Assembly: GCF_050920415.1 (NCBI RefSeq)
Contig: NZ_CP169309.1
Strand: one strand, 5' to 3'
Length of the DNA stretch: 64,000 nt
Source of the DNA: Escherichia coli
GTDB taxonomy: Bacteria; Pseudomonadota; Gammaproteobacteria; Enterobacterales; Enterobacteriaceae
The notes below the pieces were generated by a model. That model saw only the letters and a program-made list of their open reading frames with translations, was not told the origin of the DNA and did not search any database. Shown here piece by piece: positions 22,941 through 32,894 of this stretch; position 1 is the first letter of the stretch, and each line of letters begins with the position of its first letter. Made by a program: the position numbers and the translations under genes.

Positions 22941-23891
22941 TTACGTTTTAATAATATGGGTGCCCGTCTCGCCACGCAGCGCCGCGGGCAGGCATTCCGG
23001 CGTGGTGATAATCACTTCTTTACCGCCCTGTTCCAGGAACGTCAGGCTGGCGATGATTTTTGGCAACATGCTGCCTGGCGGGAAATGCCCTTCCTGCATA
23101 TAGCGGGTCATGGTGGCAATATCCACCCGATCCAGCGCCTGCTGCTGCGGTTTGCCAAAATGAATACACACTTTTTCGACGCCGGTGGTGATCACCAGAA
23201 TGTCGGCGTGAATTTCGCGGGCCAGCAGCGCGGTGGAGAGATCTTTGTCGATAACCGCGTCCACGCTTTGGTAATCTCCCGCGTCAGTACGCACCACCGG
23301 AATTCCGCCACCGCCCGCACCAATCACCACAAACCCTTGTTGGATCAGCGCTTTAATGGCAGGTGCTTCAACAATACGTTTCGGTTCCGGCGAGGCGACC
23401 ACGCGGCGATAGCCGCGTCCGGCATCTTCAACAAAACGCCAGTCAGGGTTTGCCTTTTGAAATTCGTTACGCTGGCTTTCACTGAAGAATGCGCCAATGG
23501 GCTTGGTGGGGTGAGCAAATCCCGGATCGTTTTTATCCACTTCCACCTGAGTCACCACGGTGACGGCTTTTTTCTCGCCGTGGCGCGCCAGCCGATTGTT
23601 CAGCGCCTGTTGGATCAAGTAGCCAATGCCGCCTTGCGTATCCGCCACACAGTTCGCCAGCGGCGTTAAGGGCAGCCCTTCGCGCTCGTGGGCAATCTCC
23701 GCGCGGCGTAAATCCAGCCCGACCTGCGGCCCGTTGCCGTGGGTCAGCACAATGTCGTAATCGGAAGCCAGCATTTCCAGCACCGTATCGGCGACGGCCT
23801 TCACCGCCTCCGCCTGATGCTCAATCGACTGGCTGGCGTTATCTTTGATAATGCTGTTGCCACCAATGGCAACGACCACAAGTTCTTTCAT
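22941..23891 (-). CDS. yahI: Carbamate kinase-like protein YahI, 316 aa
   Basis: Amino-acid-kinase fold typical of ArcC carbamate kinases (VVAIGGNS…, GGGGIPV motifs). Confidence 0.85.
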   Translation of the reverse strand: MKELVVVAIGGNSIIKDNASQSIEHQAEAVKAVADTVLEMLASDYDIVLTHGNGPQVGLDLRRAEIAHEREGLPLTPLANCVADTQGGIGYLIQQALNNRLARHGEKKAVTVVTQVEVDKNDPGFAHPTKPIGAFFSESQRNEFQKANPDWRFVEDAGRGYRRVVASPEPKRIVEAPAIKALIQQGFVVIGAGGGGIPVVRTDAGDYQSVDAVIDKDLSTALLAREIHADILVITTGVEKVCIHFGKPQQQALDRVDIATMTRYMQEGHFPPGSMLPKIIASLTFLEQGGKEVIITTPECLPAALRGETGTHIIKT

Positions 23892-23941
23892 GTTGTTATG
23901 TCCGCTACAGAGGGTGATGGGGTTATGACCAACGCCAAATT

Positions 23942-24021
23942 GCCTGATGCGCTACGCTTATCAGGCCTACAGATTCTTGCGCCACTCGTAGGCCGGATAA
24001 GGCGTTCACGCCGCATCCGGC
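23942..24021. repeat. REP/BIME element in the yahI–yahG spacer
   Basis: GCCTGATGCGCTACGCTTATCAGGCCTAC plus an inverted GGCGTTCACGCCGCATCCGGCA unit; the small track ORF 23888..24124 overlaps it and is probably not coding. Confidence 0.8.
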
Positions 24022-24044
24022 AGAGACAACGCGCACTTTGCAGG

Positions 24045-25463
24045 TCAGACGCCGTAACGTTCGCACCAGCCAAGAATGGCTTTTTCGAAGCAGGCGAATG
24101 GTGGATGCACAATGCCCGCGCCAATCATGCCGACGCCCGCATCTTTATGGGCAATGGCGGTGTTGATCACCGGCAGAATGCCACTGCTACCCACGCGGGT
24201 GATGTCGATTGCCGTCGGCACACCCATAAAACCGAGCAGCGGAATGGTCACGTTGGGGTTTTCGCCGAGGGTGATTTCGCGCATCTGACGGGAGAAATCG
24301 ATAGCCTCTTCCACCGTACCGCCCACCAGCGCGACGATTGCAGGCGCGGTCGCCATAGCAAATCCACCAATGCCGTAGGTTTCGGTGATGGCGCTGTCGC
24401 CAATATCCAGCCCCGAATCTTCCGGCTTATAACCGGCAAACATCGGGCCGATGACCTGTTGCGCCGGGCCGGTAAACCACTGCCCCGGCAGGCCGCTGAC
24501 TCGCAGGCCGAACTCGACACCGTTACGCGCCATGGTGGTCACCACGGTGCTGTATTCAATGCCGTGCGCCGCATCCATCGCTGCTTTACACATTGCCATC
24601 CACGTCGGGCCGGAGAAGTAATCGCTGCTGGCGACAAACTCAAACACTTCGCGCTGTTGCTCGACGGAATAACCCGCCTGAATAATCCCCGGCGTCAGCG
24701 CCTGAATCAGCAGCGTCGTCCCGGCGTTATTGCGGTTATGGCATTCATCGCCCATATGCAGCGCCTGCGCCAGCATTAAGCGCAGATCAATCTCACCGAG
24801 AATCTTCATTGCGTCGCGCAGCATGGGCCCCTGCACATCGCGCATCCAGTTCAGGCGGTCAATCACGCTCTGATCGTTAGCGCCCATACGCAAAATCTTC
24901 GCCATCTGCTCGCTCATGTTGGTGTAAGCGATGTTGCCGTAGGTTTTGTTTTTCACGATGTGCATAAACATCGAGGCCGAGGTAACACCCGCCATCGAAC
25001 CCACGCAGTCGTGTTCGTGGCACGGCGAGAAAGTGATCTCCCCGGAGGCCGCCAGTTCAGCCGCCTCGTCAAGATCTTTCGCCAGTCCTTCGAACACCAG
25101 CGCCCCGGTGACCGCGCCTTTCATCGCGCCGCACATTTTTTCCCAGGTCACTGGTGGCCCGGCGTGAAGAATGGTTTTCGGCGTCATACCCGGCACCACG
25201 TTAATCGCCTGATCAAAACCAATCAGCACCGGATGCGACTGGATAATCCGCTCCAGCGCCTGCTGGTTAGCGGCGGCGATTTTGTCTGCCAGCGGCGAAT
25301 CGGCAATGTTATCCAGCGCCTGCACCACCTGCATATTGCCCTGCCCCGGCGGCGTCCAGTCGAGTTGGGTCACTTCTACATGCTGCTTTTTCAGATCATC
25401 GCTAAACATAGCGATGCCGACATTAATAACGTTCAACGGTTGGCTAAACAGTGACTGGCTCAT
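24045..25463 (-). CDS. yahG: DUF1116-family protein YahG, 472 aa
   Basis: Start set at MSQSLFSQPL…, giving a TGATG stop/start overlap with yahF. Confidence 0.8.
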   Translation of the reverse strand: MSQSLFSQPLNVINVGIAMFSDDLKKQHVEVTQLDWTPPGQGNMQVVQALDNIADSPLADKIAAANQQALERIIQSHPVLIGFDQAINVVPGMTPKTILHAGPPVTWEKMCGAMKGAVTGALVFEGLAKDLDEAAELAASGEITFSPCHEHDCVGSMAGVTSASMFMHIVKNKTYGNIAYTNMSEQMAKILRMGANDQSVIDRLNWMRDVQGPMLRDAMKILGEIDLRLMLAQALHMGDECHNRNNAGTTLLIQALTPGIIQAGYSVEQQREVFEFVASSDYFSGPTWMAMCKAAMDAAHGIEYSTVVTTMARNGVEFGLRVSGLPGQWFTGPAQQVIGPMFAGYKPEDSGLDIGDSAITETYGIGGFAMATAPAIVALVGGTVEEAIDFSRQMREITLGENPNVTIPLLGFMGVPTAIDITRVGSSGILPVINTAIAHKDAGVGMIGAGIVHPPFACFEKAILGWCERYGV

Positions 25464-27010
25464 CAGGCTTCCTCCCCTTTGCAAATAAATTCACGCGCCA
25501 GCAATCCGGTATTGGTGCTGCTGCTGGCCAGAATCACCCCGGCATCAAGCAGCATCTGGCTTTGTTGTGCTAACGATGGCGTATCGAGATCGGTACCCAG
25601 CACATAGGCGAGAATGATCAACTCGCGGCCTTCGGCGGCAGCGATCGCTTTCGCTTCTTTGATCGCCTCGATGGTGGAACCGACCGGATCTTCATGCGAT
25701 CCAAATCCGAGCACAAAATCCATCACGATCACCGCCACTTCTGGATCACGCGCTTCTTCGATCAAGCGACTGATGCGATTGGTGGGGTCAATCATTGGAT
25801 GCGGCTTGCCGTTGGTGAAGTCGTCATCACCAAAGTCGAGGAAGGTGTGTTTGATGCTGCGGTTGATATCTTGCAGGCGGAATTCAGGATCGGGCTGGAT
25901 GTTGCTGTAGACATCGCCGTGTTTTTCCATCACCGCGAACATGGTTTCGTCACACAGCGTGCCGCCGCAGAACAGGCCACGAATGTATTTCTGCCGCGGT
26001 TGCAGACGCGCCCGCACATCCGCAATCAACGGCTGGTTCAGCGTATGCAGCTCGAGATGTTCTTGTTTCACGCCGGAGAGCATCACCGCTTTCAATGCCG
26101 CCTCTTTGCTGCCGCGAGCAAACTGTAGCCCCTGCTCATCCACTGGCGTTTCGCCACGACCGAGGAAGCAGACCACCACCGGCTTGCGGCAGGCGCGTGC
26201 GCGTTCCAGCACTTTGCGGGCCACCGCAGGCGCAGGCGGTTTGGAGATAAGTACAATGATTTCAGTTTGCGGATCGTTTTCCAGCATCCCGATAGCGTCG
26301 AGCATCATCAGGCCGCCGATTTTCTCGCTCAGGTCGCGCCCGCCGGTGCCAATCAGTTGCGAAATGCCGCCACCAAATTCATGAATGCGGACGCTCAGCT
26401 CCTGGCTACCGGTGCCGGATGCGCCAACAATACCGATGTTGCCGCGACGCACAGCGTTACCAAAGCAGAGCGCCGCGCCGTTGATAATCGCCGTGCCGCA
26501 GTCTGGCCCCATCATCAGCAGCCCTTTTTCGTGGGCCAGTTGCTTGAGCGCCAGTTCATCTTCAACTGAGACATTATCGGAAAACAGCATCACGTTAAGA
26601 TCGTTTTGCAGCGCCTGACGCGCTTCGCGAGCGGCAAACAGACCGTTGACCGAAATCACTGCCAGGTTACTTTCCGGGATATGCTTTTTGGCGCTGGCAA
26701 TAGTGGCATAACGCGCCTCGTGCGAGCCGCTTTGCGCTTTGCTGTTGAACAGTTCTTCAATCTCCACCAGCAACTGCTCGTTGTCTGCGCCCGCTTTGCC
26801 GTTGATGACAATCATCAGGTCGCCGTTTTTCGCCTGCTCCAGCTCCGGCGTCAGCAGCCCTAAATTCTTCAGAACGCCTTTGTTCATTTCGGTCGCCATC
26901 GCCACAAATGCCTGCTCGACGCCGTCGAGTTTATTTGCACGCGTGGAGATAGACATCAGCGAGACAGAATCAAAATAGGTATTCGGTTTAATGACTATTT
27001 TAACTGACAT
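25463..27010 (-). CDS. yahF: FdrA-like protein YahF (succinyl-CoA-synthetase-alpha/CoA-binding-like fold), 515 aa
   Basis: Paralog of FdrA; glycine-rich nucleotide/CoA-binding motifs; overlaps yahE by 11 nt. Confidence 0.8.
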   Translation of the reverse strand: MSVKIVIKPNTYFDSVSLMSISTRANKLDGVEQAFVAMATEMNKGVLKNLGLLTPELEQAKNGDLMIVINGKAGADNEQLLVEIEELFNSKAQSGSHEARYATIASAKKHIPESNLAVISVNGLFAAREARQALQNDLNVMLFSDNVSVEDELALKQLAHEKGLLMMGPDCGTAIINGAALCFGNAVRRGNIGIVGASGTGSQELSVRIHEFGGGISQLIGTGGRDLSEKIGGLMMLDAIGMLENDPQTEIIVLISKPPAPAVARKVLERARACRKPVVVCFLGRGETPVDEQGLQFARGSKEAALKAVMLSGVKQEHLELHTLNQPLIADVRARLQPRQKYIRGLFCGGTLCDETMFAVMEKHGDVYSNIQPDPEFRLQDINRSIKHTFLDFGDDDFTNGKPHPMIDPTNRISRLIEEARDPEVAVIVMDFVLGFGSHEDPVGSTIEAIKEAKAIAAAEGRELIILAYVLGTDLDTPSLAQQSQMLLDAGVILASSSTNTGLLAREFICKGEEA

Positions 27011-27863
27011 AATTCCCTCCGTAGGTTTGGCTCAGCGCACAACCATCGGCCATGCCATACAGCATGTCGCAGCCGGAACTGGAGCCAATATGTTTAATTT
27101 TTTCTATTGCCTGAGTTGCGTTCCCAGGTATGTCATAAATAATGTTATGAATAAAACGATGAATATTTTCCCGGCAGCGTTGTTGTAATGCGGCTTCCAG
27201 CGTTATGGCACTTAATAACGTGGTATTATTTCTGCCGCGTTGCAGACCGAGATAAAATTCCTCTTTGTATTTTTCCGCCGGATGCCCGGGAATAAATGAA
27301 ATAAGCGCCAGACCTGTTAAATAATCATCGGCTGATGGTGTAAGGCCAATCCCTAACCCCATCATACTGACGACCGCTGAGGCGATATTTTGTTTATCGT
27401 TTACGGCCTGAATAACTGCCCGTCGTTTAATATGTAATTCTTTTTTTAATGCCTGATAGAACGGGTTATCGCCACAATAATTAAACAGGGTTTCATTTTC
27501 CCCCAGGTGTTGATGAATAATGTCGTGCCACTGTTGCCAGGCGATAAGGTGAAAATTTTCAGCGGTCATTTGCAAAGCTGGGGACAGCCAACGCTGGCAA
27601 TGACTCATCTCTATATGAAGATGTTGACCAACCGTAATACCTTGATCATCAAACTGAACCTTATCACCATGACGGAACAGACCATCAAAGTGAGTGAGTG
27701 CCAACCGACAACTGTTTGGCGCATTGTCGTACTCTTCACAAAGCAGTGTCAGCAACTGCTGGCGGGCCGGAAGTGCGATATTTACCGCTCTGGCAAAGAC
27801 CTGTTCAACCTGTCCTTGCCCCCGCTGCGCCAGAAAATCAGCATCCGCAGTTAGCGCCCACAC
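27000..27863 (-). CDS. yahE: DUF2877-family protein YahE, 287 aa
   Basis: Conserved position upstream of yahF, overlapping reading frames. Confidence 0.75.
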   Translation of the reverse strand: MWALTADADFLAQRGQGQVEQVFARAVNIALPARQQLLTLLCEEYDNAPNSCRLALTHFDGLFRHGDKVQFDDQGITVGQHLHIEMSHCQRWLSPALQMTAENFHLIAWQQWHDIIHQHLGENETLFNYCGDNPFYQALKKELHIKRRAVIQAVNDKQNIASAVVSMMGLGIGLTPSADDYLTGLALISFIPGHPAEKYKEEFYLGLQRGRNNTTLLSAITLEAALQQRCRENIHRFIHNIIYDIPGNATQAIEKIKHIGSSSGCDMLYGMADGCALSQTYGGNYVS

Positions 27864-27902
27864 ACACCGTCTTTCTGGTGTGTTGATAGCAAGCCTCCCG
27901 GT

Positions 27903-28508
27903 TTATGCACCTGCGGCAATCAGTAACTGCGCAATCTCTTCAAAGCCTCGTTCCCGCGCCAGTTCCAGCGGCGTTTTGCCATATTTATCCGTCATGTGCG
28001 GGCTGGCACCGTGTTCCAGCAATAACTGGACAATCGCCTGCTGTTTTATCCCGCCATCATTAAGCACAATTGCTTCCAGTAGCGGCGTCCAGCCAACATG
28101 GTTGGTCTGGTTAACGTTAATCTCCGTATGCGCCAAAAGCTCTTTTACAATACTTAAATGGCCTTTTTCACAGGCAGGCGTCAGGCCGACACCGCCAAAA
28201 CGGGTGACGCAATTAAGATCGGGTTTAGCCGGTAAAATAATCCGTAACAGGGTTAAATCGCCGGTCAGGCAGCTAATTAAAAAAGGATTTGAACATATCT
28301 GATCTTGCTTATTAATATCCGCTCCGGCATCAATTAATGCCTGAACGCAAGCATATTGCTGATATAAACTTGCCAGCGTAATTGCCGTTTTCCCCTGACG
28401 ATCGCAGGTATTAATATCGACCCCCAGCGCAAGGCAGGTTTTTACTTTATCGATATCACCCTGTTGCGCAGCCAATAAATAGTCGGCAGGTAGATTTTTT
28501 ATAGTCAT
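27903..28508 (-). CDS. yahD: Ankyrin-repeat protein YahD, 201 aa
   Basis: Several ankyrin repeats (…GKTAITLASLYQQYACVQALIDAGADIN…, …GWTPLLEAIVLNDGG…LLLEHGASP…). Confidence 0.85.
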   Translation of the reverse strand: MTIKNLPADYLLAAQQGDIDKVKTCLALGVDINTCDRQGKTAITLASLYQQYACVQALIDAGADINKQDQICSNPFLISCLTGDLTLLRIILPAKPDLNCVTRFGGVGLTPACEKGHLSIVKELLAHTEINVNQTNHVGWTPLLEAIVLNDGGIKQQAIVQLLLEHGASPHMTDKYGKTPLELARERGFEEIAQLLIAAGA

Positions 28509-28765
28509 TCACATTCCCCTGGTTTTTGTGGCTGTTTTCGATGAATTGAGAATAGCAACGATAATCTGATAAAAGAACCCGCTTAAATTTAATTCGCCGT
28601 ATTTCGCCTTTTTGTTGAATGATGTTCAACAATCTTTTCGCAGTGTGCGGTAGTGCAATATTTATTTCTTTGACCCGATACCCTTTCACTCAATCAGGTT
28701 TTATTTCTCTATAGTCTGCACATGTAAGAGTAGCTTTCGTCCATGTCTAACCAGAGGGGAACAAG

Positions 28766-29263
28766 ATGAACGGACTCACGGCAACGGGTATAACCGTCGG
28801 TATTTGTGCAGGGCTTTGGCAGTTAGTGTCTTCACATGTCGGGCTCTCTCAGGGATGGGAATTATTAGGAACCATTGGCTTCGTCGCCTTTTGCAGTTTT
28901 TATGCCGCAGGCGGCGGTAAATCGGGGTTTATCAGAAGCCTGGCGGTTAATTATTCCGGGATGGTGTGGGCGTTTTTCGCCGCGCTGGCTGCCGGTTGGC
29001 TGGCCTCGGTGAGTGGGATTTCCGGCTTCTGGGCGAGCGTGATTATGACTGTACCCTTCTCGGCGGTGGTGGTCTGGCAAGGACGTTTCGGTTTACTGTC
29101 TTTTATTCCCGGAGGCTTTCTCGGCATGACGCTATTTTTTGCCAGCGGGATGAACTGGACGGTGACATTACTGGGTTTTCTGGCGGGTAACTGCGTGGGG
29201 ATAATTTCAGAATATGGCGGACAAAAATTAAGCGAAGCGACGACTAAACGCGACGGGTATTAA
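28766..29263 (+). CDS. yahC: Inner-membrane protein YahC, 165 aa
   Basis: Hydrophobic four-helix-type small membrane protein, divergent from yahD. Confidence 0.8.
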   Translation: MNGLTATGITVGICAGLWQLVSSHVGLSQGWELLGTIGFVAFCSFYAAGGGKSGFIRSLAVNYSGMVWAFFAALAAGWLASVSGISGFWASVIMTVPFSAVVVWQGRFGLLSFIPGGFLGMTLFFASGMNWTVTLLGFLAGNCVGIISEYGGQKLSEATTKRDGY

Positions 29264-29354
29264 AAGTTATTCAAAAATGATTATCTATCTTTAACCGATA
29301 CCTCTACAGTCATAGCTGGAGAAATTCATAGTAGATAATGGCGGGAATGGTTTA

Positions 29355-30287
29355 ATGAACTCAATTTTTACCGAAGAGAATCTGTTGGCATTTACTACCG
29401 CTGCGCGTTTTGGCAGCTTCAGTAAAGCTGCAGAAGAGTTGGGTTTAACCACTTCCGCCATTAGCTACACCATCAAGCGAATGGAAACAGGGCTGGATGT
29501 GGTGCTGTTCACTCGCAGTACCCGCAGCATTGAGTTAACGGAGTCCGGGCGTTATTTTTTCCGCAAAGCTACCGACCTGCTGAATGATTTTCACGCCATC
29601 AAACGCAGCATCGATACTATTTCGCAGGGCATAGAAGCGCGTGTGCGTATTTGTATTAATCAGCTGCTTTATACGCCCAAACACACCGCACGCTTATTAC
29701 AGGTACTGAAAAAGCAATTTCCAACCTGCCAGATTACCGTCACCACCGAAGTGTATAATGGCGTCTGGGATGCGATTATTAATAATCAGGCGAATATCGC
29801 TATCGGCGCACCCGACACGCTGCTGGACGGCGGCGGCATTGATTACACGGAGATTGGCGCGATTCGCTGGGCTTTTGCTATCGCCCCGGATCACCCGTTA
29901 GCCTTTGTGCCGGAACCCATCGCCGAAAGCCAACTACGTCTCTATCCTAATATCATGGTGGAAGACACCGCGCATACGATTAATAAAAAAGTGGGCTGGT
30001 TGCTGCATGGGCAGGAGTCGATTCTGGTGCCAGATTTCAACACCAAATGTCAGTGCCAGATTTTAGGCGAAGGAATTGGTTTTTTGCCGGATTACATGGT
30101 CCGTGAGGCGATGGCGCAATCCCTGCTGGTTACCCGACAAATCCATAATCCGCGCCAGGATTCACGCATGTTACTGGCGACCCAGCACTCTGCCACCGGT
30201 CAGGTGACGCAGTGGATTAAAAAACAATTTTCGCCAAATGGCATATTAACAGGGATCTATCAGGATTTACTGCATCGGGAGAATTAA
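29355..30287 (+). CDS. yahB: LysR-family transcriptional regulator YahB, 310 aa
   Basis: N-terminal LysR HTH (…FTTAARFGSFSKAAEELGLTTSAISYTIKRME…). Confidence 0.85.
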   Translation: MNSIFTEENLLAFTTAARFGSFSKAAEELGLTTSAISYTIKRMETGLDVVLFTRSTRSIELTESGRYFFRKATDLLNDFHAIKRSIDTISQGIEARVRICINQLLYTPKHTARLLQVLKKQFPTCQITVTTEVYNGVWDAIINNQANIAIGAPDTLLDGGGIDYTEIGAIRWAFAIAPDHPLAFVPEPIAESQLRLYPNIMVEDTAHTINKKVGWLLHGQESILVPDFNTKCQCQILGEGIGFLPDYMVREAMAQSLLVTRQIHNPRQDSRMLLATQHSATGQVTQWIKKQFSPNGILTGIYQDLLHREN

Positions 30288-30328
30288 TCGCTGCCAACCT
30301 CCCGATGCGCTGTGAATAGCGGTTTACC

Positions 30329-31312
30329 TCAACCACCTGCTTTCATTACCCATTCAGAGATAAATTTATTACCCGGTACTGGCGGAGAGTACAAATAGCC
30401 CTGCAAAAAGTGAACGCCTTTGCCGATCATTAAATCCGCCTGCTCCTGGGTTTCTACCCCTTCCGCCACGATACTCAGACCAGGCTTACGCGCCAGTTCG
30501 ACAATATTGTCCACAATATGACCGGAAATTTCGTCGACACTCGCCATTTGCACAAACGACTTGTCAATTTTAATAAAATCGACCGGAAACGCCTGCAAAT
30601 AACGATAGGTCGCATAACCCGTACCAAAGTCATCCAGCGCAAAGGTAATGTTGTGCTGATGAAGGCTGTCAAATATCGCTCTGGCTTCTGGCGTTACCGG
30701 AATGGGGTTGCGTTCCGTTAGCTCAAGAACCAGCTTGATTTTATCGTTACCTAATTTCTTGACCAGGTTCAGACACTCTTTTTCAAATCCTGCGGCCAAA
30801 AAACATCCTGCCGAGACGTTGATGCCAATATGGAAATTATCCGGCAGCAAATGTTTTACTGGCATCAGAATATCCGCAGTCTGTTTCATCAGCTGGCGAG
30901 TCATTATGACAATAAGACCGGATGACTCCGCCAGAGGAATAAACTGATCCGGTGGGATAATTCCCGTTTGCGGATGTTCCCAGCGAACAAGCACTTCACA
31001 GCCCGTCAGTACCCCTGTCTGCGCGCAGAAAACGGGCTGGATCCACGGTTTGAATTCGTGATTTTCCAACGCCAGACTGATGGCTTCAGGCGTGACGATA
31101 TGGTGACAACGGTTATCAGGAATATAAAAATTATTTTTATTTCCCTTGCCACTGATGACTTGCGGATGATATTGAAAAAAGATATCCCGCCAGAAAGTAA
31201 TATCACTCTGGATGCCTAATTTTTCATACAACTGCTTCTTCTGATGTGAAATTGTCTTTGCGCTACGATTTCTGTATTGTGATATTTCTGTAACCGACAT
31301 TCCCTCCATTAG
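30329..31312 (-). pseudogene. pdeL: pdeL (yahA) 3' portion encoding the EAL c-di-GMP phosphodiesterase domain, separated from its 5' end by IS2
   Basis: The track ORF 30329..31447 begins inside IS2: its first 45 codons are IS2 sequence, then it continues in frame as the PdeL HTH tail (…MSVTEISQYRNRSAKTISHQKKQLYEKLGIQ…) and EAL domain. Confidence 0.8.
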
Positions 31313-31403
31313 TAGACTGGCCCCCTGAATCTCCAGACAACCAGTATCACTTAAATAAGTGATAGTCTTAATACTAGTTTTTAGACTAGTCATTGGAGAA
31401 CAG

Positions 31404-31769
31404 ATGATTGATGTCTTAGGGCCGGAGAAACGCAGACGGCGTACCACACAGGAAAAGATCGCAATTGTTCAGCAGAGCTTTGAACCGGGGATGACGGTCT
31501 CCCTCGTTGCCCGGCAACATGGTGTAGCAGCCAGCCAGTTATTTCTCTGGCGTAAGCAATACCAGGAAGGAAGTCTTACTGCTGTCGCCGCCGGAGAACA
31601 GGTTGTTCCTGCCTCTGAACTTGCTGCCGCCATGAAGCAGATTAAAGAACTCCAGCGCCTGCTCGGCAAGAAAACGATGGAAAATGAACTCCTCAAAGAA
31701 GCCGTTGAATATGGACGGGCAAAAAAGTGGATAGCGCACGCGCCCTTATTGCCCGGGGATGGGGAGTAA
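31404..31769 (+). CDS. insC: IS2 OrfA (InsC), 121 aa, HTH protein
   Basis: [40 protein letters not shown]… matches remembered IS2 InsC; overlaps insD in the -1 frame (programmed frameshift arrangement). Confidence 0.85.
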
Positions 31770-32632
31770 GCTTAGTCAGCCGTTGTCTCCGGGTGTCGCG
31801 TGCGCAGTTGCACGTCATTCTCAGACGAACCGATGACTGGATGGATGGCCGCCGCAGTCGTCACACTGATGATACGGATGTGCTTCTCCGTATACACCAT
31901 GTTATCGGAGAGCTGCCCACGTATGGTTATCGTCGGGTATGGGCGCTGCTTCGCAGACAGGCAGAACTTGATGGTATGCCTGCGATCAATGCCAAACGTG
32001 TTTACCGGATCATGCGCCAGAATGCGCTGTTGCTTGAGCGAAAACCTGCTGTACCGCCATCGAAACGGGCACATACAGGCAGAGTGGCCGTGAAAGAAAG
32101 CAATCAGCGATGGTGCTCTGACGGGTTCGAGTTCTGCTGTGATAACGGAGAGAGACTGCGTGTCACGTTCGCGCTGGACTGCTGTGATCGTGAGGCACTG
32201 CACTGGGCGGTGACTACTGGCGGCTTCAACAGTGAAACAGTACAGGACGTCATGCTGGGAGCGGTGGAACGCCGCTTCGGCAACGATCTTCCGTCGTCTC
32301 CAGTGGAGTGGCTGACGGATAATGGTTCATGCTACCGGGCTAATGAAACACGCCAGTTCGCCCGGATGTTGGGACTTGAACCGAAGAACACGGCGGTGCG
32401 GAGTCCGGAGAGTAACGGAATAGCAGAGAGCTTCGTGAAAACGATAAAGCGTGACTACATCAGTATCATGCCCAAACCAGACGGGTTAACGGCAGCAAAG
32501 AACCTTGCAGAGGCGTTCGAGCATTATAACGAATGGCATCCGCATAGTGCGCTGGGTTATCGCTCGCCACGGGAATATCTGCGGCAGCGGGCTTGTAATG
32601 GGTTAAGTGATAACAGATGTCTGGAAATATAG
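31727..32632 (+). CDS. insD: IS2 OrfB (InsD) transposase with DDE/integrase core, 301 aa
   Basis: IS3-family transposase catalytic domain; length matches InsD. Confidence 0.85.
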
Positions 32633-32643
32633 GGGCAAATCCA

Positions 32644-32762
32644 ATTAGCAGCTTGAGTAAAAGCCGTTCTTTTTCGGACACGATACCAGGCAAGGTCAAA
32701 TTAACCGTTGCCCCGAACTCTTCCAAAAAAACACTCAAATCATGCGAAGCCATTGAACACAC
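32644..32762 (-). pseudogene. pdeL: pdeL (yahA) 5' fragment (first ~39 codons, start of the LuxR-type HTH)
   Basis: Minus-strand ORF starting at 32762 reads MCSMASHDLSVFLEEFGATVNLTLPGIVSEKERLLLKLL and then runs into the IS2 right end. Confidence 0.7.
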
Positions 32763-32894
32763 CTTGATGAAATCTTGTGCGCCAGCTAAATCTGCTTGTC
32801 TTCACTCTAACTGATAAAGCTGACTGCAAGAAAATGACACAGAGAGCCGAATTATCTCCCGTTCGGCTCTCTCTCCTTTTACTCATTATTCAGA

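Larger units (their letters stand above)
31313..32643 (+). mobile_element. IS2 insertion sequence (1331 bp) flanked by 5-bp target-site duplication ATTAG
   Basis: Left end TAGACTGGCCCCCTGAATCTCC… and right end …GGGGCAAATCCA read directly; ATTAG at 31308..31312 and again at 32644..32648; contains insC and insD. Confidence 0.9.

Noticed and set aside
23888-24124. 78-aa ORF at the position of K-12 yahH
   Set aside because: It overlaps the REP/BIME element and the 3' end of yahG, and its translation is low-complexity; more likely non-coding.
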